DNA of 64,000 nt from Planctomycetota bacterium (lineage in GTDB: Bacteria; Planctomycetota; UBA1135; UBA2386): positions 2,336,001 through 2,400,000 of the forward strand of contig OZ245006.1 in assembly GCA_965223545.1 (NCBI GenBank), given 5' to 3'. The translations under genes were made by a program, and so were the position numbers. Numbering within the stretch: position 1 is the first letter of the stretch; each line of letters opens with the position of its first letter. This document shows positions 49,453 to 58,664 of the stretch, one piece after another. A model generated the notes under the pieces. It saw nothing but the letters and a program-made list of their open reading frames with translations, was not told where the DNA came from and made no database searches.

Positions 49453-52053
49453 ATGCTGATCACCCCCCCGACCGCGCGCCCGCCGAACGCCCGGCCAACC
49501 GCCCCCACTCGACGCCGGCGCTACTGGCTCGCGGCGGCCCTGCTGGTCGGCTACACGGGTGCAGTGTTGGGCCTGCTGTGCTTGCTCAACCCCGCGTTCG
49601 TGCCACTGCTGCGCCAGCTTCCCGGCCGGATCGCCGGCGCCGGCAACGCCCTGCAGCGCCAGCTGCTGCCGGCGCAGCACGCCGCGCCGCGGCTCGCGCT
49701 GCGGCTGGATGCGGAGGCGACCGCCCAGCTGGCGGCGGACCGCGAACGCGCCCTCCAAGAGCTGTTCGTCGACTCTTCCGACAACCACTGGCTGCCCGCC
49801 GAAGCGAGCTGGGACGAAACCTCCGGCGCGGCTCGGGTCCGGCTCAAGGGCGTCCGCCGCGATCACTGGGCGCGCCCCGACAAGTGGTCGCTGGCCGTCG
49901 AGCTAGCCGGCGACGGCCGCTGGTTCGGACTGCGACGCTTCTCGCTGCAGCACCCCGGCACGCGCGCCTTCGAGCTCGAGTGGTTGTTCTCGCGCGCCCT
50001 GGCCGACGAGGGTCTGCTCTCGCCGCGCGTCGAGTTCGTCGAAGTGCAGATCAACGGCGACAGCCACGGCCTCTACCTGCTGCAGGAGACCACGGACGCG
50101 GCCCTGCTCGAACGCCACCAGCAGAGGCGCGGACCGATCGTCGCGTTCGACAAGGGCGACTGGGTGTCGTACTGGCGCGAGCACGTGCGCTACCAGCGGC
50201 TCGGCCACAGCAACCCGGCCTGGTTCTACCAATCGGCGCCGGTGCGCCTGGCGCGCACCAAACGCCTCTCCGGCGAGGCCGCCGAAGCCGATGCGCAGCT
50301 GCAAGCGGTCGCGCTGCTGGAGGCGTTCCGCAGCGGTCGGCTGCCCGCACACGACGTGTTCGACATCGAGGCGATGGCCAACCTCGCCGCCGTGCAAGCC
50401 GTGCTCGGCGGCGCGGAGTTCGACTGGAAGGACCTCGATTTCCACTACGACCCGATCACCGCGCAGCTGGTGCCGATCGGCGCAGAGCTGCCGTACGCGC
50501 CGCTGGTCGAGACCAACCGCTGGTGGCGCAACGGCAACACCGACGACGACGATCCGTTCGTCGCCCAGCTGTTCGCCGACCCCGAGTTCACCGAGCGCTA
50601 CCTCGGCCACCTCGACCGGGTCTCGCGCCCGGAGTGGCTGGCGGCGCTGCTGGAACGCCACCGCACCGAGCTCGCCGCTTGCCAGGCGCTGCTGGCGACC
50701 GAGTTCACCGACCACGAGTTCGACCCCGGCGAGCTGGTCGCCATCGCCAACGTGATCCGCAACACGCTGCGCCCGCCGCGCGCGGCGACCGCGCACCTCG
50801 TCCGCGCCGACGGCGACCGGCTGCTCGTGGAGATCGGCAACGTGCACGCGTTCCCGCTGCGCGTCATCGGCGCCAGCCTCGAGCGCGTCGGCAGACTGCG
50901 CGTCCTCGATCCCCCGACGCTGCCGGGCAAGCGCCTCTACGAGGTGGTGCGCACCGAGCCGGTCTGGCTGGAGCTGCCCGACGGCACGACCCTGAGCGGC
51001 AAGTGGCAGACGCGGCTGGAGGTCGAGCTGATGGCGCCGGGGCTCGACGCGGTGTTCAGCGCCAAGGCGACACCATGGCCAGCCGACGTGCGTCGCTACG
51101 ATGTCGCTCCCGATCCACTGCGCCAACCGATCCCACTCGACGAGTTCGACTGGGTGACCGTCGACGAAACGCGGCACGAGATCCGTTTGCTGCCCGGAGA
51201 CTGGGTGCTGGACCGGCCGCTGGTGCTGCCCTCGGGCCACACCGTGATCGGCGGCGCCAACACACGCATCGACCTGCGCGGCGGCGCTTTCATCGTCAGT
51301 CACTCGGCGGTCCGGCTGGCCGGCAGCGCCGAAGCCCCGTTCGTGCTGTACTCCAGCGACGGCTCCGGCGGCGGCCTGGCGGTGTTGAACGCCGGTGAGA
51401 TGTCGTCGCTACAGCACGTGGTGGCGCGGGACCTGTCGCCGCCGGCGCACGGCCGCTGGCAGCTCACCGGCGCGGTGACGTTCTACGAGTCGCCGGTGCG
51501 GATCGAGGACTGCACCTTCGCCGCCAACCGCGCCGGCGACGATCTGGTCAACCTGTTTCGCTCGTCGTTCTCGCTACACCGCTCGGAGCTGCGCGACAGC
51601 CTGGCCGACGCCTTGGACGTCGACTTCTCCGACGGCGTGCTGTCGGACGTGCGCTTCGCGCGCTGTGGCAACGACGCACTCGACACGTCGGGTAGCACGG
51701 TCGAAGTCCGCCGCGTGCACGTCGAGGGCGCCGGCGACAAGGGCATGAGCTTCGGCGAACGCAGCCGCGCCACCGTCGAGGACTGCACGCTGCTGGGGGC
51801 GCGCACCGGAGTCGCCAGCAAGGACGGCTCCGTCGTCCAGCTGCGGTCCGTGCGCTGCAGCGGCGGCGAGTTCGGCCTGGCCGTCTACCGCAAGAAGCCG
51901 GAGTTCGACGGCGGCGACCTCGAGGCCACCGACGTCGCGCTCGACGCGACCGTAGAGACCATCGTCGAGCGCGGCTCAACCCTGCGCATCGATGGCGCGA
52001 CGCTGCCGGGCGAACAGCGGAGCGTGGCCGACCTCATGGAGGCCGAGCGCTGA
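49453..52053 (+). CDS. CotH-like kinase with N-terminal TM and C-terminal right-handed beta-helix
   Basis: RVRLKG..DHW..KWS, FSLQHP.TR, V.INGD..GLYLLQE; DALDVDFS, NDALDTSGS, DKGMSFGE, GVASKD. Confidence 0.8.
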   Translation: MLITPPTARPPNARPTAPTRRRRYWLAAALLVGYTGAVLGLLCLLNPAFVPLLRQLPGRIAGAGNALQRQLLPAQHAAPRLALRLDAEATAQLAADRERALQELFVDSSDNHWLPAEASWDETSGAARVRLKGVRRDHWARPDKWSLAVELAGDGRWFGLRRFSLQHPGTRAFELEWLFSRALADEGLLSPRVEFVEVQINGDSHGLYLLQETTDAALLERHQQRRGPIVAFDKGDWVSYWREHVRYQRLGHSNPAWFYQSAPVRLARTKRLSGEAAEADAQLQAVALLEAFRSGRLPAHDVFDIEAMANLAAVQAVLGGAEFDWKDLDFHYDPITAQLVPIGAELPYAPLVETNRWWRNGNTDDDDPFVAQLFADPEFTERYLGHLDRVSRPEWLAALLERHRTELAACQALLATEFTDHEFDPGELVAIANVIRNTLRPPRAATAHLVRADGDRLLVEIGNVHAFPLRVIGASLERVGRLRVLDPPTLPGKRLYEVVRTEPVWLELPDGTTLSGKWQTRLEVELMAPGLDAVFSAKATPWPADVRRYDVAPDPLRQPIPLDEFDWVTVDETRHEIRLLPGDWVLDRPLVLPSGHTVIGGANTRIDLRGGAFIVSHSAVRLAGSAEAPFVLYSSDGSGGGLAVLNAGEMSSLQHVVARDLSPPAHGRWQLTGAVTFYESPVRIEDCTFAANRAGDDLVNLFRSSFSLHRSELRDSLADALDVDFSDGVLSDVRFARCGNDALDTSGSTVEVRRVHVEGAGDKGMSFGERSRATVEDCTLLGARTGVASKDGSVVQLRSVRCSGGEFGLAVYRKKPEFDGGDLEATDVALDATVETIVERGSTLRIDGATLPGEQRSVADLMEAER

Positions 52054-52070
52054 CCGCCGCACCCTGGCTC

Positions 52071-53060
52071 TTGTCGTGCATCGCGCTCACCGCCGCGATG
52101 CCGGTACCGGCGCAACTGCGCTTCCTCGCCGCCGGCCACGGCTACGGCAGCCACCACGGCGACAACGAGGCGCTCGACCCGCGCTTGCTGGCCGCCCTGC
52201 ACCGCGTCGACGCACCCGAGGAAGTGGCGTTCTTGGTGCTGACGGGGGACTTCGTGCGCCGCTGCGACGAGACCTCGCTCGCCGCCTTGCAGCAACAGCT
52301 GGCCCGGCTGCCGTTCCAGACGCACCTCGTGCGCGGCAACCACGAGGCCAACCCCGCCGGCGCAGCACTGCTGCGACAACGCAGCGGCGAGACGTTCTAC
52401 GCCTTCGAGCACGGGGGCGCCCACTTCGTGGTGCTGGACAGTCAGCGGCAACCCCGCTCGATCGACGCTCCGCAGCTCCAGCTCCTCGACCGGACGCTGG
52501 CCGCCAGCGACGCGAGCCAGCCGGTGTTCGTGCTGTTCCACGAGCTGCTGTGGCTGTCGCGGGGCGAGCGCTACGCCGCGGTGCGCGCCAACCGGCGCTC
52601 GCGCCAAGCACGCTCGGCGGGTTCCAACTACTGGGACGACGTGCACCCCCGGCTGGAGGCACGCGCTCCGCAGCCGATCGCGGTGATCGCCGGCGACCTC
52701 GGCGGCAACCCGGACGCCGTGCCGGCCTTCTACGAGGAGCTCGGCCACGTCACCTTCATGGCCTGCGGAATGGGCGAGGTCGACGACGGCTGCCTGTTGG
52801 ACATCAGAGTCGAAGCCGGGGCGATCGCGGCGCGCTGCATCAGCATCGACCCGGCGCGACCACCGCTCCGGCTCGAGGACTGCACGCCGGACGCGTTGGC
52901 GGCGTGGCCGTTGCCGGCGGGCGCGCAGCGAGGCGGCGGCCAATGGCGCTGGGTGCTGCCGCCGGCGGCGGTGCTCGCCGCGGCACTCCTGCTCGCGGGT
53001 TGGCGGCACCGACGCGCGCGACAATCAGCTGCCCAAGACCAAGAGCCCCCGCGATGCTGA
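52071..53060 (+). CDS. Calcineurin-like metallophosphoesterase with C-terminal TM anchor
   Basis: AGHGYG, LTGD, RGNHE, LFHE, IAGD; C-terminal hydrophobic helix followed by Arg residues; start uncertain. Confidence 0.8.
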   Translation: MSCIALTAAMPVPAQLRFLAAGHGYGSHHGDNEALDPRLLAALHRVDAPEEVAFLVLTGDFVRRCDETSLAALQQQLARLPFQTHLVRGNHEANPAGAALLRQRSGETFYAFEHGGAHFVVLDSQRQPRSIDAPQLQLLDRTLAASDASQPVFVLFHELLWLSRGERYAAVRANRRSRQARSAGSNYWDDVHPRLEARAPQPIAVIAGDLGGNPDAVPAFYEELGHVTFMACGMGEVDDGCLLDIRVEAGAIAARCISIDPARPPLRLEDCTPDALAAWPLPAGAQRGGGQWRWVLPPAAVLAAALLLAGWRHRRARQSAAQDQEPPRC

Positions 53061-55450
53061 TCACCACCGATCGCCGCGTGGTCCGCGCCGGCCGCCGGCC
53101 ATGGCGCCGCTGGCTCGGTTGGTGGGCCGCGCACACCGCGCTCCTCGGCGCGGCACTGCTACTCTGGGCTTGGCTGGACGCCGACGCCAACCGAGCGCTG
53201 CGCGACGCCGGCCGCCGTGCCGTCGACGCCGCGCGCAACGCGTGGACCCGCGAGCTCGCGCGCACCCACAGCCAGCCAGCGCGCATCGAGCTGACGCTGG
53301 GTGCCGGCGGCCTGCAGCAGCTGCGGGCCGACCGCGACCGCGCGCTGCGGCAGCGCTTCGCCGACTCGGCAACCAACCGCTGGCTCGCCGCGCGGCTCGC
53401 CTTCGATGGCGTCGAGATGCGCGCCGAGGTCCGGCTCAAGGGAGCGCTGCGCGATCACTGGTCGCACCCGACCAAGTGGTCGGTGCAGGTCAAACTGAAG
53501 GGCGACGATCGACTGCTGGGCATGCGCCGGTTCTCGCTGCAGCATCCCGCCACGCGGTCGTTCCTGCACGAGTGGCTGTTCGCGCGGGCGCTGCGCGACG
53601 AGGGCTGCCTGGCGCCGCGCGTCGAGTTCGTCGACGTCGCCCTCGAGGGGCGGGAGCTCGGCATCTTCACTCTCGAAGGCCAACCCGACCGCTACCTCAT
53701 CGAGGCCCAGGGCCACCGCGACGGTCCGGTCGTCGACCTCGACAAGCGCGACTGGTTGGCGTACTGGCGCTTTCGCTCGGCGCACGCGCAGCTCGGCTAC
53801 TGGAAGGCGCGCTGGTTCTACCAAGAGGCCGCCGTCGAGGCGCGCGGCGGTCCCGACACGACACCGGCCGCGCCTCTGCCCGCGCAGGCCATCGCACTGC
53901 TCGCGGGGTTCCGCTCCGGTGCGCTGCGCGCGAGCCAAGTGTTCGACGTCGAGGCGCTGGCACGCCACCTGGCGGTCCGCGCGGTAATGGGCTCCGCCGA
54001 GCTCGATTGGAAGGACCTGCCGTTTCACTACAACCCGCTGACCGACCGGCTGGCGCCGATCGGGCGCGAAGTGCACTTCCGCCCGCGACCGGACGAGCAC
54101 CATTGGTGGGTGGACGGAGAAGTCGACGGCCGGGCCACCCCGTTGGCCGCCCAACTGTTCGCCGACCACGCGCTGCTGCGCCGCTACACCCAACACCTCG
54201 AGCGGATCTCGCAGCCGGAGTGGTTGGAGTCCCTGCTGCAGCGCCACGCGCGGGAGCTGGCGCGCAATCACGCCATCCTGGCGCGCGAGTTTCCCGACAG
54301 CAGCTTGCCGGTGGAGACGCTGCGCGGTCTCGCCCACGCGGTGCACTCCGCGTTGCGACCGGAACCGGCAGCAGTCGCGCACTGGGCGATCACCGACGAC
54401 CGCGCCACCCTACGCGTCGGCAACCTCTGCCACTTCGCCCTGCGCATCACCACCGACGGCGTGGCCAGCACTGGCACGCGGATTCCCGGCCGCAAGCGCA
54501 ACGACATCGTCCGCTGGCACGACGTGCCGCTCGGCACCGAGCTGCAGCGTCGGGCCCGATCCGCATTGGCGTCCGGCCACCCTCTGCCACCGGTCGCCGC
54601 CAACGTGGACGGCCTGAAGCGGCCGTTGCCAGTGCGCACGGCGGTCGATCGCCCCACGCCGTTGCCCGCCATGCCCGAGGCGGCGGCGGTGCCCGACCTG
54701 CTGGCCCGACACACGTTCTTGGTGCACGTTCCGGCGCGCAACGAGCTGCACGTCACCCCCGGTCATTGGCAGCTGCGTCGACCGCTGTTGATCCCGCTCG
54801 GCACGCGGTTGGTCGCCGGTCCCGGCGTGCGGCTCGATCTCCGCGACGGCGCCTACCTCGGCAGCTTCTCGCCAGTGCAACTGTGTGGCTCCGCCGACCA
54901 CCCGGTCGTGCTCCACTCGACCGACGGAACGGGTGTTGGCATCCGCGTCGACAGTCGAGAAACATCCCGCTTCGAACACGTGCGATTGCGAGGCCTGTCG
55001 GCGAGCTCCGCGACGATGCCGGCCGCCCTCACCATCCGCGGAGGCACGCTCGTGGTCCGCGATCTCCGCATCGGAGGACATGATGGGCGAGGCGGCGGCG
55101 CGCACTGGAGCGACCTCGACTTTCGTTGTGACGGGCTCTCGATCACCGGTGGCAGCACCGGACTCCGCCTGCTGGACGCCTGCGGCACCCTGCGTCACGC
55201 GCGCCTCGGCGAGCTGTCGGGCAGCGCGCTGCACGCGACCAACAGCCGCGTCTTCACCCGCGCGGTCGCCGTCGAGTCGGTCGGCAACGCGGTCGGCAAC
55301 GCCGCGCCGACCGCCGCCCTGCGCTTCGACGACGGCACGCTGGCGGAGCTGTTCGGTGCGCGCATCGCGCGCTGTGGCAAAGCGGTGGAAACGCGCACCG
55401 GCGCCACCGTCGACATGCGGGACGTGCAGCGGCTCGACGACGATCGGTGA
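53054..55450 (+). CDS. Second CotH-like kinase paralogue (798 aa)
   Basis: VRLKGALRDHWSHPTKWS, FSLQHPATR, PRVEFV; clear similarity to 49453-52053. Confidence 0.8.
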   Translation: MLITTDRRVVRAGRRPWRRWLGWWAAHTALLGAALLLWAWLDADANRALRDAGRRAVDAARNAWTRELARTHSQPARIELTLGAGGLQQLRADRDRALRQRFADSATNRWLAARLAFDGVEMRAEVRLKGALRDHWSHPTKWSVQVKLKGDDRLLGMRRFSLQHPATRSFLHEWLFARALRDEGCLAPRVEFVDVALEGRELGIFTLEGQPDRYLIEAQGHRDGPVVDLDKRDWLAYWRFRSAHAQLGYWKARWFYQEAAVEARGGPDTTPAAPLPAQAIALLAGFRSGALRASQVFDVEALARHLAVRAVMGSAELDWKDLPFHYNPLTDRLAPIGREVHFRPRPDEHHWWVDGEVDGRATPLAAQLFADHALLRRYTQHLERISQPEWLESLLQRHARELARNHAILAREFPDSSLPVETLRGLAHAVHSALRPEPAAVAHWAITDDRATLRVGNLCHFALRITTDGVASTGTRIPGRKRNDIVRWHDVPLGTELQRRARSALASGHPLPPVAANVDGLKRPLPVRTAVDRPTPLPAMPEAAAVPDLLARHTFLVHVPARNELHVTPGHWQLRRPLLIPLGTRLVAGPGVRLDLRDGAYLGSFSPVQLCGSADHPVVLHSTDGTGVGIRVDSRETSRFEHVRLRGLSASSATMPAALTIRGGTLVVRDLRIGGHDGRGGGAHWSDLDFRCDGLSITGGSTGLRLLDACGTLRHARLGELSGSALHATNSRVFTRAVAVESVGNAVGNAAPTAALRFDDGTLAELFGARIARCGKAVETRTGATVDMRDVQRLDDDR

Positions 55451-55463
55451 GCCGTCCGCGCGT

Positions 55464-56999
55464 TCACCGCGTCGTCAGGCTGCAGCACCACAACCAGGCC
55501 GAACCGAACCGACGCTCCTCGAGGACGGATCCGTGGTCCGCCACCGCGCCGCGCAGCGTTCGCTCGTCGCGCGCCAGCGCGTGCGCCACCAGCATCCACG
55601 CCCGACCGCCGCCCGCCTCGCAGAGCCGCTCGATGTCGTCCCGCTCGGTGCCGGGCGGCCCTCCGAGAATCACGTCCTGCTGCCCCACTCCCACGCGCGG
55701 CGCGTAGAACGACCACAACAGCGCCGCTCCCCGCGACACGTAGAGCGGCTCGCCGGGCAAACGGTCACTGACCAGATCGTGCAACGCGGCGCGAACCTCG
55801 GGGCGCGTCGGCCCCAGCCAGGCGCCGCGGGCCGCGCGGCGCGCCGGGCCGATGAGAACCGCGATGAACAGCGCGAGGGCGATCCAGCGGCCGGCTGGTC
55901 GCGCGCGGGCGATCACCGCCAGCCCCATGCCGGCGAAGATCAACAGCGCCGGCAGGGCGAACAGCATCAACCGGCCAAAGAAGGGATACAGGCGCAACGC
56001 GGAGGCCACCAACGCCATCGACGGCGGCAGCAGCAAGAGCGCGACGAGGGCGCGGCGCCGCAGCAGCGCCCAACCCACGCCAACCGAGAACAGAAACACG
56101 CCGAGTCCGGGCCACTGCAAGTAGGCGACCCGGTCGAACAAACCGATGATCGCCGCGCCGGTCCAGCGCACCGCCTCCGAGAGCGAGGCCCCCAACGGCG
56201 CGAACGCGCCATCCACCGGCGACCCCGGCTCGCCGCTGCCGCCCCAGAACTCGACCAACCAAGCGTCACCGAGCGAATGACGCAAGTGGACCAAGTAGAG
56301 GGCGGCGAAGCTGCCGGCCCACACGACGAACGCGATCGACAGCGGCGTCGCGACCCCGCGGGCGCGCCGGTACAACGCAACCGCACCCAGCCCACACCAC
56401 AGGCCCGCGACGACGAACACGGCCGGCAGCGAGAACCACAATCCAACGGCCCCACAGGCGACCAGCCACCCCCACGCCGACGCAGCCGCGGCACCCGGCG
56501 TGGCGAATCGCCGGACGATCCGCCAGGCCGCACAAGTGAGCATCAGCGCCACTGCCAGGTCGATCGAGTACGGCTTGACCTGGGCGGAGTAGAAGACGGC
56601 GGGATGTGCCACCGCGAATAGCGCGAGGGCGGCGGTTGCGGCGGGCGCTGGCAGCACGCAGCGCGCCAGGTCGTGCATCAGGAACAGCGCGAGCACACCG
56701 GCCAGCAGGGACGGCAGCCGCAGGACGAGCTCGCCGTCACCGGCGACGGCGACCAACGCCTTGGTCGTCAACAAGAAACCCGGGGACGCCACCTGCGCGC
56801 GCCCAAGCCGCCCCAGCAGCTCGCCCGCGTCGCGTTCGAGCACACCCAGCGCGACCGCGACCTCGTCGAACCACAGCGCCGGGTTCTGCAGCCAAAGGAC
56901 CAGGCGCAGCCCGACACCGATCGCCAGCACTCCGAGAGCCGCCCGGCGCCAGCCGGGGGAAACGGAAGCCTGCTCGATCCGGCCGACTGGGATCATCAT
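55464..56999 (-). CDS. GT-C fold glycosyltransferase (ArnT/PMT-like)
   Basis: LWFDE, PGFLL, LRLPSLLAG, YSAQVKPYS, YPFFGRL; multiple TM segments. Confidence 0.85.
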   Translation of the reverse strand: MMIPVGRIEQASVSPGWRRAALGVLAIGVGLRLVLWLQNPALWFDEVAVALGVLERDAGELLGRLGRAQVASPGFLLTTKALVAVAGDGELVLRLPSLLAGVLALFLMHDLARCVLPAPAATAALALFAVAHPAVFYSAQVKPYSIDLAVALMLTCAAWRIVRRFATPGAAAASAWGWLVACGAVGLWFSLPAVFVVAGLWCGLGAVALYRRARGVATPLSIAFVVWAGSFAALYLVHLRHSLGDAWLVEFWGGSGEPGSPVDGAFAPLGASLSEAVRWTGAAIIGLFDRVAYLQWPGLGVFLFSVGVGWALLRRRALVALLLLPPSMALVASALRLYPFFGRLMLFALPALLIFAGMGLAVIARARPAGRWIALALFIAVLIGPARRAARGAWLGPTRPEVRAALHDLVSDRLPGEPLYVSRGAALLWSFYAPRVGVGQQDVILGGPPGTERDDIERLCEAGGGRAWMLVAHALARDERTLRGAVADHGSVLEERRFGSAWLWCCSLTTR

Positions 57000-57184
57000 C
57001 TAAAGAACAATCTGGAAAGGCGCCGCGCCGCCGCCAAAGCCTACCCGGGGGCACAAAGCGCCGCGGGGCGCCTGAGGCCGCGGCCACCCCGGCTCACGGC
57101 CAAAACCATAACCCACTAATGGGAAAAGGCTTCCGCTGAATGGTCCGCGTGCGGCCAAAAACTTTCGGCTAGGATGACAGACCG

Positions 57185-57868
57185 ATGGAGTCCCTCACCA
57201 CCGCCAGCCAAGACCTCCTGCAGAGCATTCCGTTGGGTGCGATCGCGGTGGACACCGTCCTCGCCCTGGCGCTGGGAGCGATCCTGGGCTGGCACTACCT
57301 GCGATGGGCCCAGGTGCTGTCGAACAAGCGCAAGCTGGCACGCGTGTTCCCACTCATCGCCGGCACCACCCTGCTGATCGTCACCGTCGTCAAGAGCTCG
57401 CTGGCGCTGTCGCTCGGCCTGATCGGCGCGCTGTCGATCATCCGCTTCCGCACTCCGATCAAGGAACCCGAAGAGCTCGCCTACTTGTTTCTGGCGATCG
57501 CCGTCGGCGTCGGTCTCGGCGCAGGCCAGCGGCTCGCCACCGGTCTGGTGTTCGTTCTGTTGCTGGCGGCCGCGCTGGTGTGGCGCCGGCCGCTGGCGAG
57601 CACGGGACAGCGCACGATGCTGCAGATCAGCGCCGCCCTCGAACCCCCCGCCAGCATCGCCGCGCTCTTGCCGCGCGTGCTCGCCGGCGCGCACGAGGTG
57701 TGCGGCGTCGTCGACCTACGCCGCGTCGACCAGCACGACGGCGAGGCCCACGTCTGCATGATCGTGGACTTCCGCTCCGCCGACGACATCGCCTCGCTGC
57801 TCGACCGGGTCGCACAGATCATCCCGGGGGCATCGGTCAGCGTCATCGACCGCGAGGCACAGGAATGA
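57185..57868 (+). CDS. DUF4956 family membrane protein
   Basis: VKSSLALSLGLIGALSIIRFRTPIKEPEELAYLFLAIAVG. Confidence 0.9.
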   Translation: MESLTTASQDLLQSIPLGAIAVDTVLALALGAILGWHYLRWAQVLSNKRKLARVFPLIAGTTLLIVTVVKSSLALSLGLIGALSIIRFRTPIKEPEELAYLFLAIAVGVGLGAGQRLATGLVFVLLLAAALVWRRPLASTGQRTMLQISAALEPPASIAALLPRVLAGAHEVCGVVDLRRVDQHDGEAHVCMIVDFRSADDIASLLDRVAQIIPGASVSVIDREAQE

Positions 57869-58644
57869 ACCCGACCCGCAGCGCGGACGCCGCGGTCCGC
57901 ACGACCGCGCGGCGCTTGGAGATCAAGGCCGTCAGTCGGTGCGACGCCGAGGCCGAGCTGCGCGCAGCGCTGGCCCTGGCGTCGTGCGGTCTGCGGCGGC
58001 ACCATCCGCGGCGGGTCGTGCAGAGCGTGTATCTCGACAATCCCGAACGCACGGCCGTGGCCGACAACGTCGCCGGCATCGCCGTGCGCACCAAGCTCCG
58101 CTGGCGCTGGTACGGCACCGACGACGGCGCGGTGCGGGGACGGCTCGAGCGCAAACGCCGCATCGGGGCACTCGGAGAAAAGGACGTGGTCGCACCACCC
58201 GAGCCGCTGGCGGTGCGCGGCGCCGACCGATGGCGCTTCGTCGCCGACCTGCGCCGACTCTGCCCGCCCGCCGCGCATGCCTGGTTCGCGAGTGCGCCCG
58301 AACCGGCCCAGTGGATCCGCTACCACCGCGACTACCTGATCTCCGCCGACGGCAGAATGCGGGTGACCGTCGACACCGATCTGCGCACGCTCGACCTGAC
58401 AGCGGCAGCCGTGCTCGGCGCGACCGGGATCTTCCGCCGCCACGCCGTGGTCGTGCTGGAGATCAAGATCGATCCGGCAGACGAGGCCGCCGCGCACGCA
58501 CTCCTGCAGCAGCTGCCGGCCGTTGTCGACAAGAGCTCCAAGTTCGTCCTGGCCAGCGCGCCGGCCGAAGCCCCGCGGCCGACCGGGGCGTTCCACCGGC
58601 CCTACCGCCGTTTTGTCGGACCAACTTCGGCCCCGCGCCACTAG
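57865..58644 (+). CDS. VTC-domain (CYTH-like polyphosphate polymerase) protein
   Basis: RLEIK, SVYLDN, RTKLRWRWYG, LERKRR, RYHRDY, RVTVD, VLEIK, SKF; ATGA overlap with DUF4956. Confidence 0.88.
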   Translation: MNPTRSADAAVRTTARRLEIKAVSRCDAEAELRAALALASCGLRRHHPRRVVQSVYLDNPERTAVADNVAGIAVRTKLRWRWYGTDDGAVRGRLERKRRIGALGEKDVVAPPEPLAVRGADRWRFVADLRRLCPPAAHAWFASAPEPAQWIRYHRDYLISADGRMRVTVDTDLRTLDLTAAAVLGATGIFRRHAVVVLEIKIDPADEAAAHALLQQLPAVVDKSSKFVLASAPAEAPRPTGAFHRPYRRFVGPTSAPRH

Positions 58645-58664
58645 GATCCCGCGCATCGATTCCA

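Noticed and set aside
51992..53053. 1152-aa ORF as a single fusion protein
   Set aside because: The first 354 codons are an Arg-rich alternative frame over the phosphoesterase; the real start is ATG 53054
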